From positions 27,058,103 through 27,122,102 of the forward strand of contig CM074519.1 in the NCBI GenBank assembly GCA_037379345.1: a DNA stretch of 64,000 nt, in the 5' to 3' direction. Source of the stretch: Perna viridis. Taxonomy: Eukaryota. The notes beneath the pieces were generated by a model. That model saw only the letters and a program-made list of their open reading frames with translations, was not told where the DNA came from and made no database searches. The translations under genes were made by a program, and so were the position numbers. Below are positions 23,659-37,959 of the stretch, one piece after another; position 1 is the stretch's first letter, and each line of letters opens with the position of its first letter.

Positions 23659-26600
23659 CATCATTTGTAATTTTAAAATAACTGGCTGTAGAACTAAGTG
23701 GGCATGATATTTATGTTTATGTAGTGCAAGGCAATAAAGTTACTTTATGAAAGTATCTTAATAACAACTTAAAAAGTTAACAAGTCAGAAAGTTTATAGT
23801 TTTAGAAAAAAATATATTTTGGCAATCATTGAAAATCCGTTTTACTATTGAAATGGCGCAAATGCAATTAGTGTCATCCTACAGTCGTTTCATAATGAGA
23901 GAAATTTCGTGTTTTTTTTTGTATTAAAGGAGGAATCTAAGTCTTCTCGATCTTTGTCAAGCCAGGAAGAGAAGACAATTAAAACGTCTTTAACCCTACA
24001 AAATGAGAACATTTTATTACAGTTGACGAAGGTGTCAGTTTTCTCTCCATTCTGCAATAATTTAATTTCCGTTCCAAAAATAAATCTGTGCAGCAAACAG
24101 ATGCAGAAAGCTCCGTCGTAGTAGATTGTTACTGTAATATCATTACAAAAGGATTGTTCCCCTCGACACTTAACAGTATGATATCTATTTAAATGGGTAC
24201 ACGTTTCTATTTTGTAATTGTATATAGGGTTTCTTTTTACATGTTCAAAGCAAATCATATGGTTATATTTTGACATGGAATACTTTTGCACATATAAACA
24301 TTAGTTTTTAACTTTTAATTGTTAAGATAACATATCTAATTTATGTAGGAATAAATGCCACTACCAAACAAAATTAATGGTTTGTAAGCCATTTCATAAT
24401 GAAATTCATCATAAAAGTAATATAAACAATACTCGATAATCTGCAATCAATTTAACAAAAAAAATCGTAAGAGTGAAATTGATGGTATTCCATAATATGA
24501 CGTCCTAACTCATAATTTTATGGTATTATAATCTAAAAACGTTTACAGTTATGATTTATGTAGACAAATAACATTGAAATAATATGTAATTCCCCGTAAT
24601 TCCCCGTACCCCTACCCTTTTTATCCAAGCGTATATCTTAAAAAAATGAAAGGTATAAGATTAAAGATAAATATATAGTACTGAGCTCTTCTTTTAACTT
24701 CTAATTTTATCTAAATGTAAACGAAATATTGTTTACAATATCGTAATATTAAATATTTTTACTATTATTATTACAAGTTGCTGTCCCACATAACTTTGGG
24801 CGTAGTGGACCATAAGTAAGTAGTTTAAGCTTAAAAACGGAGTGTACCTGAAAAATCAGAAAAAAAAAACATGAAATAGTTTTTAAATTATTTTATTCAA
24901 TGAATCAAATAATTCAATACAAATTGAACAATTAAGCGATAATTCCCTATTGATAGATGAGATCCTTTGAAATTGGTTGATGTACAATACAGTCGTATTT
25001 TATTGGAAAAAACCCTTTTTTCTAAAACCTGGTCTTCGGGGTAACTAAATTTGACGGTAGCACGCTTCCTTGGAATGATTATTGGGTCCTTACATATGAA
25101 GTTGATAGGTTGTCAAATAACAGTTTCAATAGTAACGTCAATCTTCACGACTGATTTCATTTTATGTTTCACGAGACACCTTTTAGGTCTCAGTATCGTA
25201 TAGATTTCTCCATTGGCTCTAATGCTAACTGTACATGTTTCAAATATTTTTTAAAAATTGAAAAGTTGATTCAAATAAACTTTCATACATATATCATGTT
25301 TCAAGAAATGTTCAAATTTGATTTTAACTTAAAAAACCTAGACCAGTCCACGAAGATTGGAAAATCATCAAACCTTGAAGTCAAGAGCACATGTTTTCTA
25401 CTTTCACTTTGGTGTTGTTGTTGTGCTGCAGTACTCCCTATCAACTAGATATCCTTCCTCTTTCCTGTCTTTGAATCTGTAAATAAAAATCACACATTTT
25501 TTCTACTTGGATACATCTTTAAATATGGCCAAAATTCAAGTTCAAAATTAAATGCAGCTGTTTAAAAAAAAAAATAAGAAAAAAAAGGAACTCTATTTTA
25601 TTAGCCTCCATGTTTTGACGTTCACCCGCTCAAGAATATCAATACGATACTGGTACCCATTAGTCTTTGAAGTTGCTGTCTGTGGTTATATAGGGATATA
25701 ATATCAATAACACCTACTTATTGGGCCTATGAGATTTATGCTGCAGTGTAGTATATTATTACGATTAGCATTGGTTCGGGCTATTTATTTTTTGCCCTGC
25801 TTTTAAAACACTGACAAGCCCTTAATGTGAAATGTTAACGACTTTCTATAAAGATCTTCAATTTCTAAACGTCAAGAAAAAGTAGATTATATAAAGAAAC
25901 AGGATTTGGAACATGGACAAAAACAACACGTGAAGTTTAGAACGACTAGACATGCCCCAAGTCCAAGCTCGATCTGTCAATTCACTTCGATGTATTCTCC
26001 AAGTTTCTCGCACGCTAAAGAACCCTGTTGTGGTATTCAATATGAATATGTACCTTTGCGCTCCACCACAGGAGGCTAAATTGCCCGAATATATAGCTAC
26101 CCCCATCCCTCTCTTTTTTTAGTGGCAATCAAAATTTGTCGACCCTATATATTATCCTTGTGTCCCATCTTTTTTTTCATTTCGACATCATCATTTCATG
26201 TTCATTTTGTCATTCATTTCATGTTCATCGCCTGAATATACTGATATATTGCTGCTCGGGCGTTAAACCTCAATAATCAATCAATCAATCAATCAATCAA
26301 TCTGATATATTTTCCTGATAATAACGATTATGTTAGATACAAGTGTATTACATAGAAAATGTGACATATCTATATATGTTGATATCGTTTATTCATGTAC
26401 TTATAATAATGTTTCAAAAATTAAATATTTATTCAACGAAATTACATCTACAACTAATAAGTGTACCGAAATTAACAACAACAACAAAAATAGAAATTAT
26501 ACACAACATTGGAAACAAATCTGTCACAAGAAACTGTAATTATGTATTGGTATGGTAAAAAATGTACATTATCGACAATACCTGCAATTGCATTGCTAAC

Positions 26601-27522
26601 TCTGATGTCAAAGAATACATGGTTTAACAAAGAATGATATATCTTATCATTGTTGTCATTATTGTGGTGTTTTTGCAGGAAACGCACTGTGACATTCAGT
26701 CTAAACAACTTCTTTAGTTAAAGTCTCTACAATCTGGTAACTTTATTTTTATTCTAAGCACTAAATGTATGTATTACTATTATGACAATACATTTTCCGA
26801 TACTGTGAAAGTACTTTAATTCGTGGATACCAATTTTCGTGGATTATTTAAAAAACACAAATTCGTGGATTCTTAAATTCATGGTTTTGAGATTTTCAGT
26901 ATACACATTAATGTAAATATCCTTTTCGTTGGGAACAAAATTTCGTGGTTTAGCCTGCCCACGAAAACCACGGAAATTGGTACCCCACGAACAATAGGAC
27001 TTTCACATTATGCATATTCTAACATATAAAACTACCAATGTAATGAATATTGCATGTCTAGATATGATGTAAAGTTAACGTGGTTCAAAAAGTACAGTGT
27101 CATTAGCAGCATTGATGCCAAATGCATAGGAAGATAAAGAAAATGGTTGTCTGCAAGAGGTACACAATAAATATCTAAACAGAGGTGCAATTAAAGGGTT
27201 CTAACATGTGCAATGCATAGAAAAAAATTAGTGTTTAAGGGTATGATGTCTTAATTGTCATAAATTGACACAATTTCGCGCTATTCGATATCAATTCGAG
27301 TTCGTTTCTGTTTAATTACAATATGTTTAACATGTATTTCATATTTTTGATACCAAGTTGCGGCGATTTTCTTTTGCGAAATTAGCGCAAAAAGTGTGTA
27401 TCAGAATAAATAAGTATACTTCAACAAAGCAAACAACGTAAAAAAGTCATCTAATAAAATATTAATTCAGTTTAAGCTTGGGTAAATTAATCTGCTTATC
27501 TATTGAAAACGAGCAATTCAAA

Positions 27523-27563
<41 letters not shown>

Positions 27564-30500
27564 GAAAAAAAGGTATTTCAATTCTTTATGACTACGCACA
27601 AATACGTAAGAATTGAATTTAAAAAAAAAAACCTCATTCCTCATCGATCGGGTATATTCCCCGTCAATTACTAAATCGGAATTATCAATGAATATTATCG
27701 AAATTATATCAAATATGAATTTATTTAAATTATTAGCATTGGTTCAATAATATCACACTGAAAACAATCATGACTTGCTATTATATTCATTTCAGGTGTA
27801 TCATTCTATGGTAAGGCTGCAAGTTATATAATGTCGCTGTTGAAGAAGGGTATTCACCCAAAATTTCCTCAGCAGTGTTTAGGTAAGTTTATACATAGAA
27901 ACAATGCTAAGGCTTCCAAAGTAATAATTCATGGCAATTGGTGGAGGTGATTCATGTTGTAGACAATTATACTTAACAGAGGATGATTTTTTTTGGTTCT
28001 CATATGAGTTTTTTATATATACTTTGTATACATATTAGGGTTGTCAATTTTATTTAGAATGACTTCTCCTGTACTTGCTCGGTACGCCGGGATTACCACA
28101 AGTGAGGACAAAACAAATTTATTAGAAAATGCTGAGGCGCATGTTTGTGCAACAAAAACAATATCATGATACAAATACAATAATAATTCAACGTTTTTAG
28201 AAATTCAAGTTGCAACCCTGTGTAAAGAGGTTTGACAGACGTAATAAAACATTTCTGGATAGTTCTGGTTTCGACTAAGATTTGAAATGTTGTAAATATG
28301 TTAATGTAATGGATTTCGAATTGAAGATGATTTGGTCAAACAAAAAAAAAGCTAGACAATTACGATATAAACTATGGAATCAATAGTTTTTCATGTTAGA
28401 TCAGGTTCATCACAATCAAATCTTTGTCTTTTCTGAGTTTTTCATAGATATAAATTTCTCGGCTTTGGTATGGGTTTTAAAAGAAAACGTATCTACTTCT
28501 GTCCAAAATTGTCATTTTCGTAGCGTTTAGTGCTTTCGTTCATTTATTTCTAACATTTAATGTGTTCAATACCATTGTCACAATCTGAAGTTTTCCCTCT
28601 ACAAACAGCTGATCACGAACCAGTGAAATCTTTTCTCTTTCTTTGCATTTTTTTGTACTGGATAAAGTTTTTTTTTATTTTATTTTCGAACTTCGCTGAA
28701 AATTGTTCACTGACCGAAAATTTGTTCCTTTCAATTTGTAACAGTTTTTCATGACTAACTGGTTATCTTTCATTGAAACAAATTTAGCGACGATTAGTCG
28801 ATCGCAGTTATTCTTTTTGTTTCCAAAAGGGTGTACAATCATGAAACTTGCCTCAAAGTTTATAGTTGATATGATTTTTTGTCACGGCGCTCTCTTGGTC
28901 CTCCTCTGTTTCAAGTTTTATTCTCGACACAATGATATTATTATTCATAGGCCGCCATTGTAGCTCGCCTACATCACTTTCTAGACAGTTCAATTTCACA
29001 TCAACTCTTTTCATATCGACTTTAATTTCCCCGTGACTACTGCTTTATTGTAAAGATTTTATCATTGACACGTGTACAACGACACCCATCTGTTCTTCAA
29101 CAAGTTTGTTTCTGTTATGCATATATTTGCATTTATTTTCAGTATTTTCACATTGAATCTAAAACTGAATCTTATTTAGCCACTAGCTGCATTATTCGTG
29201 AAGCTGCCCGTTCAAATTTTTTGCTTCGATTCTGAAAATCTGATACAACAACTAAAAGAATTCAATATTGTGACATGTTTGCTCTCAAATTCCTTAATTT
29301 CCTACATTTGGATTTAAAACGTTTCTTAGAACACTAAATTCACCAAAATGAACCATGAAGAACAATCGAATTGTCATGGATCGCGTTAGCAGCGGCAGTT
29401 GCGTCGTGAAATAAACAGAAAAAAAGAGTTTTTTTTAATTAAACATTATTTGTAGACCATAAATACCGTAAAACAATGTTCTATCATTCCGCATGGATTC
29501 CATTCCATTTATACAGCAAGCTTCTTGGCCTGTAACATTACTATAAGTATATCCAGATTTTCGTAGGAGCGGATAAACATGAACGTCCTCAGACAACAGA
29601 TCTTGGTGATCTATAGACCCCTACATCTCTGATATAAAGCTAGACTATGACGTTATGTGTTAGATAAAATAGTACACTATAATTAGATCAGTACTTGTTT
29701 TACTTTTTGTAAATAAATAGCAATTATGTAACAGGGGGAAACTGTAAGTTGTTTTTGACATTTTTCTAACTAACACTTTACGGCATTTAATAAACTCCTC
29801 TGAATGCTGTGAATGAGCTCAAAATAGACAAATCAATTATTAGCATAATTGATAATCAAACAAAGATATTTACGGCTACGTCTGAATATTGGTCACTGTC
29901 TCGAGACAAAAATTGAGGTTCGTCACGGGATATTTTATTTTGATTAGATGGACGAAGATAACATGTTTCTCAGTTTGTTCACAATTATTTCCGCTGTAGA
30001 AAATATTTTTATCAATAGAACTGGTGATGTCGGAATGGATGACGCACTTTCAGCTAGGATTTCTAAGTGAAGAAATCTTATCACCCCCCCCCCCCGAATG
30101 TAAGAGGGTTAACATCTGTGGTCACACTATCCGCTATTTAAGTTTGTATTTCAGAATCTTCTTCGTTGCAAGATTTTCCGATGACTGATGATAAAGAAAT
30201 TCATTCGCACTCGGCTCTTCTCTGACGTATTGTTTTCGGTTCATCGTCGTTATCTGTTGGAGTCTCATATTGTTTCAACGGCGGGATTTTATTTAATTTT
30301 GATTCAATGTTACCTTCTGCCACTTAACGTCGTTAGTTTTTGTTTTTGTGCCATTCCCTTATATTGCGGGTCAATAATGCTGGCTAGAACGTGTGTGGTT
30401 TGTCCGATTTTGCTGTCATTTGGCCTAATGGGACGCTTTAATTCATCCCCGATACATTTCTTTACTTTACTTACGAGTAATCGAACTAGCATCATCGGAT

Positions 30501-31371
30501 GCTTTCAACGTTTTCTTCAAAGAGTCCGCATACTTTGGGGTAAATCTGTAAGGCAAAGACTTTTGATTCAGTGCTCAAGTATTTTGTAACATCAGACAGA
30601 TATTTCAGCACAAGGGATATGATCTACAACCCATGATTTTACGGTAACATATCTATCGGTTTTCGTAGTGTCAGTCAATACACGGCACTGTTCAACAAGA
30701 CTTTCTAGCATAAGTTTAGTCGCGTTCCATCTTGTAACGTAACCATATCTTGGATCAGTTTATGTTGAGGCATAACACCTACTTTCTGTCGTTTTCATAA
30801 TTCGGCTGTTAGTGTGCTTCAAATTTAGAAATGCCCAACTAGTTTTCGACACTTTGCAACAATCTTCCTTCGATACGGCGACGATTTCGATTGTGGGTTT
30901 AATACGTGACTGAAGCATTGGCCATAACAGCCCAGATCATTGCATTCTGTGCATTTAGCCCCAGCACATTCCATATTTCTTGCGTTGCCATGGATCACAG
31001 TGTATATTTTGCCTTCCATTCCGACTTAATTTTGACTGCAATGGTCTCCCCGTTATCATGGGTACACAAAACATTTGATGTTATTTACTATTTATAGGTT
31101 AAATGACGTTCTGACATTCTATTACTGACAAATTGTGTCATTTGATGTGGATGTCCACTCATCGGTTGTCAACGAAACAAACTGCACGGATTGAAGATCC
31201 TGAACGAGATTATATATCTGTTCTTCTTACTCGATGGGTGTTTTTCTAGAAAATCAGAGGACGCTTAATCTACCGGTGTACGTAGTACATGCTCCCAGTT
31301 TTAAATGGAGTCCGAGTTTCTCATTTACTTTTGTTACTTCGTAGGCATTATTTTTGGTTATTTTGGTTATT
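23659..31371. repeat. Segmental duplication copy 2 (ancestral arrangement)
   Basis: Matches 1-7663. Beyond 31371 the interrupted Penelope-like repeat, the hAT element and FReD gene C all continue, whereas copy 1 is cut. Confidence 0.97.
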
Positions 31372-31810
31372 TTATGTTCTTTGTTGTTTTTCTGTTTTCC
31401 ATGTCTGGTCTTTTTTTTTTAATTTCGCCAGAATCTTGGATCCTATGATTACTCTTTCTATTCTAGAACGTTTGGTGTTACTGGACGGCACCTTGTAGCT
31501 CATGTATTCATGAGGTTTAGAAAACCTTCTCTTTGCTTCTCTATGCTTAACGACAGGTAGTCCCTGACGGTCATATCGGAAAATGCCAGCTTAACTCCGT
31601 TGTAGTCCACACGTTCTGGTTTTCTTCACAAAACTAGAGTTTTGATAACATCTACAGTATTGTTTGCGTACTCATTTAGATGTGTCCTACGTAGATGGTG
31701 TGCAGTTCCTCAACAAAAAATTTATTCAGCATCACAAAGTTGACATTTTATAGCTTTACCATCATTACTTCTTTTGAAGAATTTCAAAACAGATTTTGGT
31801 GGCAGGTTAA
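29510..31810 (-). mobile_element. hAT transposase relic including N-terminal BED zinc finger, interrupted by a Penelope-like fragment
   Basis: Same motifs as 5800-7520, plus EGFLNLM..YKVPS (~31480-31530) and KFFKRSNDGKAIKCQLCDAE...HHLRRTH (~31680-31790). Confidence 0.85.
31229..31458 (+). mobile_element. Penelope-like 3' fragment inserted in the hAT transposase; its duplicate 7521-7663 is cut at the breakpoint
   Basis: cagaggacgctta..ccggtg..catgctcccagtttt..ggagtccgagtt..gattactctttc; reverse complement of the family terminus. Confidence 0.75.
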
Positions 31811-34118
31811 ATGTTATTTTAACTTAAGGTCATCAAAACAGTTGGACAGCTATGGGGTTATTATAACTCACTATTCATAATTAATAAAGCGTGCTTGCAA
31901 AGGTAATTGTAACAGGATAAATGTTTTCTAATCAATGGCAAAATGTTCGATTAAAATAACAATTGTATGACCTCTTCCTTAAAATCGATCGCCGTATCTT
32001 ATGAAAGAGACAAGGGTGGGAAAAACCCAAACAAGAATATTTTTATAGCTGAAATATTGCTGCTCGGACGTTAAACCCCAACAAACAAACAATATATAGG
32101 TTCAAGGGTCAAAACACATTTAAATGAAAAGACTTCAAAAAGGGTCTACTGTAGACAGTTGTTCGCATTAAAGCATTTGTAGATAGATGTCACTGTTAAA
32201 CGGGTAGCTAAACTGCTTCTCAATACTTAGGCCTATCGAGCGATACTCGAGTACTCGTTGACATCTCTTATATATAATATAACATATCGGTATTCTTAAA
32301 GAGTAAAATACATCAATCTCCAAAATAAATCAACCAAATCAAGTTTATATGTTAGCATTATCTACATTATAATTTTCTCCTAAGTATAACGAAAAATGAA
32401 AAACTCAGACTAATTATGAGAATTGCATGTATTTTTTTTTCTGAATTAGAAATGAATTGAATTTGGTGAGTTTTTGACGTACACGAATCGCCTTTTATAA
32501 AGTCTGCTACTTACACGAATTTTCCATTTATAGGTGGTAGGCCTACTGACTGTGGCGACCTCCCAAAGGAATGCAATAGTGGTGTCTATACGATTTTTCC
32601 TTGGTCTTCACGTGCATTCAATGTTTACTTAGAAATGGAGAAAGATGGAGGCGGGTGGACGGTGCGAATAAATTATTTACTTTATCATTTTAAAGAAAAC
32701 GATTATTGGCTCATCTCAATTAAGTTGTGTTAAGCACATTTCCTGTCAGTATAACTTTCACTTGTTTCTTTGTTTGTTTGTTTGTTTGTTTGTTTTTTTT
32801 TTTTTTTTCGTTTTCGTTTTTGCTTTTTTTGTGGGGGAGAAATAACTATGAAACAACACAAGCCACACCAATAGAATTGTGAATTAACATTGAAAACGGT
32901 AACCAAGTCGAACTATTGTCTTATAAAATGTTATATCATAATGTATAGTTTTACTTTGATTTTTTGTAGATAAAAGAAAAGGCACTTCTTTTAAGTAACA
33001 CTGTCATGATTTACATTTAAAATAAGATGATAACAGTTTTTTACAATCGTAGGTTTGAATTGTTACCGCTTCAAGCAATCATCTGCCTGTCGCGTCATTC
33101 TTGTCGTCAGAAGGTTGTGTCAAAACAGTTCGTTCATGTATTATTTGCTTTTTAAAATTATCTGTAACTTCAAACAATATCGAAACACTTGATGTATAAT
33201 TTTCTGTTATTTCAATTCAAGGTTATACAAAAGCGTATAAATGGGCACACTGATTTTTACCGCGGGTGGAATGCATACAAAAGTGGCTTCGGTGATTTAC
33301 GTAGAGAATTCTAGTTAGGTATGTTTGCAGTATGAAGCAAAGTAAAAGAACCATGTCAGAACTTACATTGTTCCACTTCAACGTGCTCAAGATGCTCTGT
33401 ATTTTTACGACAGTAATTCACACAGGTATATTTTCTAGATCTTCCCATTTAGTCCGCAAGTCTAAAAATAAACAAAAAACTTCATAAAAGAACTTTCAAA
33501 TCGGATGTACATAGGCATTGTATTAAAGTTTGTAAGAAACATAATGGGTACTGCGATCGAAAAAATGATAACTAGGGAGGAAATATTTTAAAAAGGAAAA
33601 TGTGTACAATTGCTCGTGAAATAATCATCTTTTAATGTTTAGTATCCCTACTACACAATGAGCTATGGCATGATCCATGTTACGCTGAAGAAATTCCCAA
33701 AGTCAGTCAGGTCAAAATAGGAATGACCTTTGGATAAAAGCATCCCTTATAATTATTCCCTAAAAGTTTTTTTTTAAAAATACTCATCTTAAATTTTCGG
33801 GTTTATATGCATGCAAGTGTATTTTGAACCGATCATCCTAGAAGTTTGCTAACATCTTATCGTCATTCGATTCATTCTGATTAGTTGATTAATCAGTTAA
33901 AACTTGTTAAACTTAAGGGAACAAATTCACAAGCTTACGTCTCAGTACAGTTATGAAATCAGATTTGACCTAATATATTGGGAAGGCAATACGGCGTTCG
34001 CAAAATACAAGCATTTTGTAGTAGGACGAGAATCTAAAAACTTTGCCCTTGATGTGAACGGTTATAATGGAACGGCAGGTTCGTTATTATAATTTGTGTT
34101 TTCAGTTTTTATTAACAA

Positions 34119-34340
34119 CTCGGTGGGTGTTTCTAGGAAAGCATAGGACGCTTTAGCTATGTAACGGCATACCTGTTCCATGCTCCCAGTATTTAATGGT
34201 GTTCGAGTTGCTCATTTACCTTTTTTCTTTGTATTTTGGTTATTTTCTTGTATTTCGTTGTACGTGTCTGTTTTCCCTGTCTAGTCTCTATCCCTGGATT
34301 GCATTCTTTAGATTTCCGCTAGAATATTCGTTCACTTCTT
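34119..34340 (+). mobile_element. Diverged Penelope-like 3' fragment
   Basis: ctcggtgggtgtttctaggaaagcataggacgct...catgctcccag...cgagttgctcattt. Confidence 0.65.
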
Positions 34341-34540
34341 ATGTATTTTCAAGTTTAAACTAACCTTTGCGCCGAATGTATTAAATTGTTCCTCAATGGT
34401 TGTAAATTTAAAAAAAAAACATGGAGTCTTCTTCAGTAATGAGTGGTTAAAACTGTTCAACGTACTTCAGATGGTAAAATCTAAATAAGGATTGGATTAA
34501 ATCAAGAATAGGCTGAAGAAGAATTTCCCATTAAATCTAT

Positions 34541-35150
34541 TGAAAGAGTAACAAGGGAACCAATGTTATAGCGGTAATCAAAAAAATGAAATCCAGGGAC
34601 AAAGACCAGACATGGAAAACAGACATTCACAACAAAGAACATAAAGTAACTAAAACCATACATACAAAGCAACAAAAGCAAATGAGCAACTCGGACTCCA
34701 CTAAAAACTGGGAGCATGAACCAGGTGCACCGGTAGGGAAAACGCCCTCTGCTTTTCTAGAAACACCCGCCGAGTTGCTCATAAAAAGTCAAGTCCGGGG
34801 TAAACAAACGAGGAAATGAAAACTATGATCCGTAGAATAAATCAGTTTTCATGGTGCAGATGGATACACCATAACGATCCACGAGTTCATGATGACGACC
34901 ATAAAACTTCTGTAGTGATGACTTCAATCTTGTAGCAACATAACTCTGTTCCAGAAGCCTATTCGTTAGAGTTCTAGTGCGATACAAAAAGTCTGCGCAG
35001 TTTCGGCAAGCTCTTGCATAACGTGTGAGTTGTGATATGAACACTCCATACGCAGGTGCTGAAGGGATGTTGCCACAGATGAAAAGAAAGTTGACAATTC
35101 TGAATGAAAAGTCATCACGTTTGTCGTAAAGTTTGGTTAATAGTTTTTTT
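34541..35150 (-). mobile_element. 5'-truncated Penelope-like retroelement in intron 5 of gene C
   Basis: ORF 34823-35164: KLYDKRDDFSFRIVNFLFICGNIPSAPAYGVFISQLTRYARAC...LQKFYGRHHELV, followed by the shared 3' terminus. Confidence 0.85.
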
Positions 35151-37959
35151 TTAACAAACATCAATGCCCTCTAAATAACAAAGCCCCGTGCTTTTGAATG
35201 GAGGGCTTGGACCCATTCTCGTGAAATCACGAGTCACATGACGAGACTTACATACCATATAACAGATCGCTGGTTATAGTCACATGCATTTTTACTCTAA
35301 GAATTGGACAAAATGCGTTGTGAAATAACAAACTCCTTGTTATTCTACATAAAAATTGCCATTTTTGATAGCTTTAACTTTCACCGTACGCTATATCTGT
35401 TTTATTGTATGTGTAGGTGATGCATTTAGTTACCAAAATGGAATGAGTTTTACAACAAAAAACAGAGACAATGACAAGGACAATAGTCAATGTGCCAAAT
35501 CCAAAGTTGGTGCTTGGTTGTATGATGGATGCACTTTATCAAACCTAAATGGGAAATACCTTCATAAAAGACATCAGTTATGGCAGGGTTTATATTGGGA
35601 AAAGTGGAAAGCAAGTACATATTCCCTGAAAGCAACAGCAATGATGGTACGACGCGCAAGCCATTGATCACATTCAAGAATTGAATATCAATAAACATTG
35701 TCTAAACAATATCTCGCACAAGCTTTGTTCTTTATTGTCGCAAGGAATCAACGATTGGTTGAAAATAGATTTTTTGTGAATGATTCACTTCCATATAACT
35801 GACTTAAACTCTTATTTACCAATCAAAATATTTGTGCATATCTGAATTTTATCAAGTATTATTAATATTTAGAAAAAACTTAGTAAACGTTGATATCCTT
35901 GGTTGATTCTTTACCAAAAAAGTAAAGTATTTGCTATTTGCTTTAATACTGACAAAATTTAATTCAGTCGTATTAAGTAGAATAGAAAATATTTAAATTA
36001 GGAAAAAAAACTCATTAATTTATACATTTCTCCATTTCCGGTAAAGATTATATGTGGTTAAATGGCAGGTCAATCAATGAAGAGCAAGGGGAAATTTCAC
36101 GCGGGAACCGGTTTTTTGATAGCATAATTTAAGGTATAAAATCGATTTCTAAAGCAAAACAATACTCTTATTTTCTAAAAACAGAAAATTAGCGTCGATT
36201 ATGATAATTTTGGAAGGCCAACAACGTTTCAGACAAAAGTTTTCTTATACGAGTTACTGTTTATGTTTATTTTGGTACCAGTTTCTGTCCAGTATGGCTG
36301 TATGATTTTGAAAGAATTCGGAATTTCCAAATATGGAATATTCTCTCTATTCTAGCTACTACTTTGTCTTTCTATCCATTCATCTTCCCCAATGCAAACA
36401 TAGGTAATCCGACTTCCACATATGTACTGTATTGGTCATGTTGGACACTGTACATTCGTATACATGCACACATTATACATTGATTGAGAAGAAATTTTTT
36501 ATTGTATTTTAAAGTATAATGAATTATAAAGTAATTTGTTGATAGTATCACTGCAATAAAACACAATAAATTACGACATAAATTAAAGGAAACAAATGGA
36601 AATGTATTGCTTAAAAAACAGCAAGCACCAAAATTATAAATCAAATTGAAAAAGATAACAATAAAAAATAGAAAAAAAATGTGAGTAATTTTCAGTAATT
36701 TTTTCATTTCATAAAATGCACTTTTTGACTTTCAAATTGATTTGAACCAAAATTTAAAATATGAGGTGCACAATAAGAATATGTAATAAAGATTCTGTGA
36801 AAGTTTCATTAAGCTCCGTCAAGTTGTGTAGGAGGAGTAACTGATGATATGTATCCCCGCGTAACGTCAGGAATGAAGGAAAGACACTATAGGTTACAGA
36901 CCACCAATTCAACCAATGAGCATTTGGAACGTACGCAAAAATAATCCTACGCAGAAATTACCCCTGTTCCTCATAGTGCTGTGAAAAAAGTTTTCATCTC
37001 ATTTAAAAAATTGAAACAGTTTCTGAAAGGAAAAACATTTCTGTACATTTTATAGGTGCATTTTGCTTCTTGTGATGTGAAGCCTAATCTCCATAATGAT
37101 TTCTAAATATACCCCTATCTTGTGAAAACACTGGGATTTCCCATGCTATTTATAGACACTTGACTTCCGTAGACCAGTACTGCACTGCAAGTCGGCTAAC
37201 CCCACATGCCATTCTGAGGATTGTGAGCTGACATATGTAGAATAATGCTGATCCTCTGCAGGTTAAAGTTAAGGTAAAGTCCAGAGAAGCCACCGAATAT
37301 TGTGACATTAGCATAGGAGCCTATGGAAAGTGGAATTAGTGGTTTCTAGCCTATATACCCTTTATGATGGTTTGAGATATATATCAGTAAAGAAGGGCGA
37401 TGGAAAGGGTAAAAGGTAGAATGAATAACAATGGAGCCGGTCATTAAACATTTTAGTATTACCAGCAGTCCAATCAACTGATAACTGTTTTTTTTACATA
37501 TAGTCAAGAATAGTTCCTAACGATCTCGAGTTTTAAAAAAGCACAAAAAGTGCAACTATAATGGGAATAGGAACAAAAACAAAACCTGCACAAAAAAGTC
37601 ATAGAAAAATAATAATAACTCGTGTCCCGTCTCTCGGTACAGATATATAGACTTCTTTCATATCTGAAAATGTACGACATATTCCAAAATTATTTATCAA
37701 ATAATCTCACGTTGGTTTATACTGAGCAATGAACGATCAATCTATTGATTATGTTTGTGTTGATACTGTATGCAAATGTGTCAACAGTAATATTACATCC
37801 ATTGATTTTATAGATTAGCAAACTGTTAATAGAGAAACAAAATGAAATGTTATACCTTAAACGATACTACTATACTGTTACGCAAAAACGAAATTATTGT
37901 TCGTATTTTTACAATGTTGACAATGTCTCTAATTTTACTATGTGTAGTTCAACTAAATA

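Larger units (their letters stand above)
26634..35667 (+). pseudogene. FReD gene C; exons 26634-26736, 27796-27882, 32534-32661, 33222-33318, 33918-34078, 35417-35667
   Basis: Same exon phases and sizes as paralogs. Lesions: TAG 26715-26717, conserved VYC changed to VYL, EFWLG changed to EF*LG (TAG 33312-33314), 4-nt deletion at the start of exon 5. Last exon open (NGMSFTTKNRDND...GAWLY...NLNGKY...MMVRRASH*). Confidence 0.9.
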
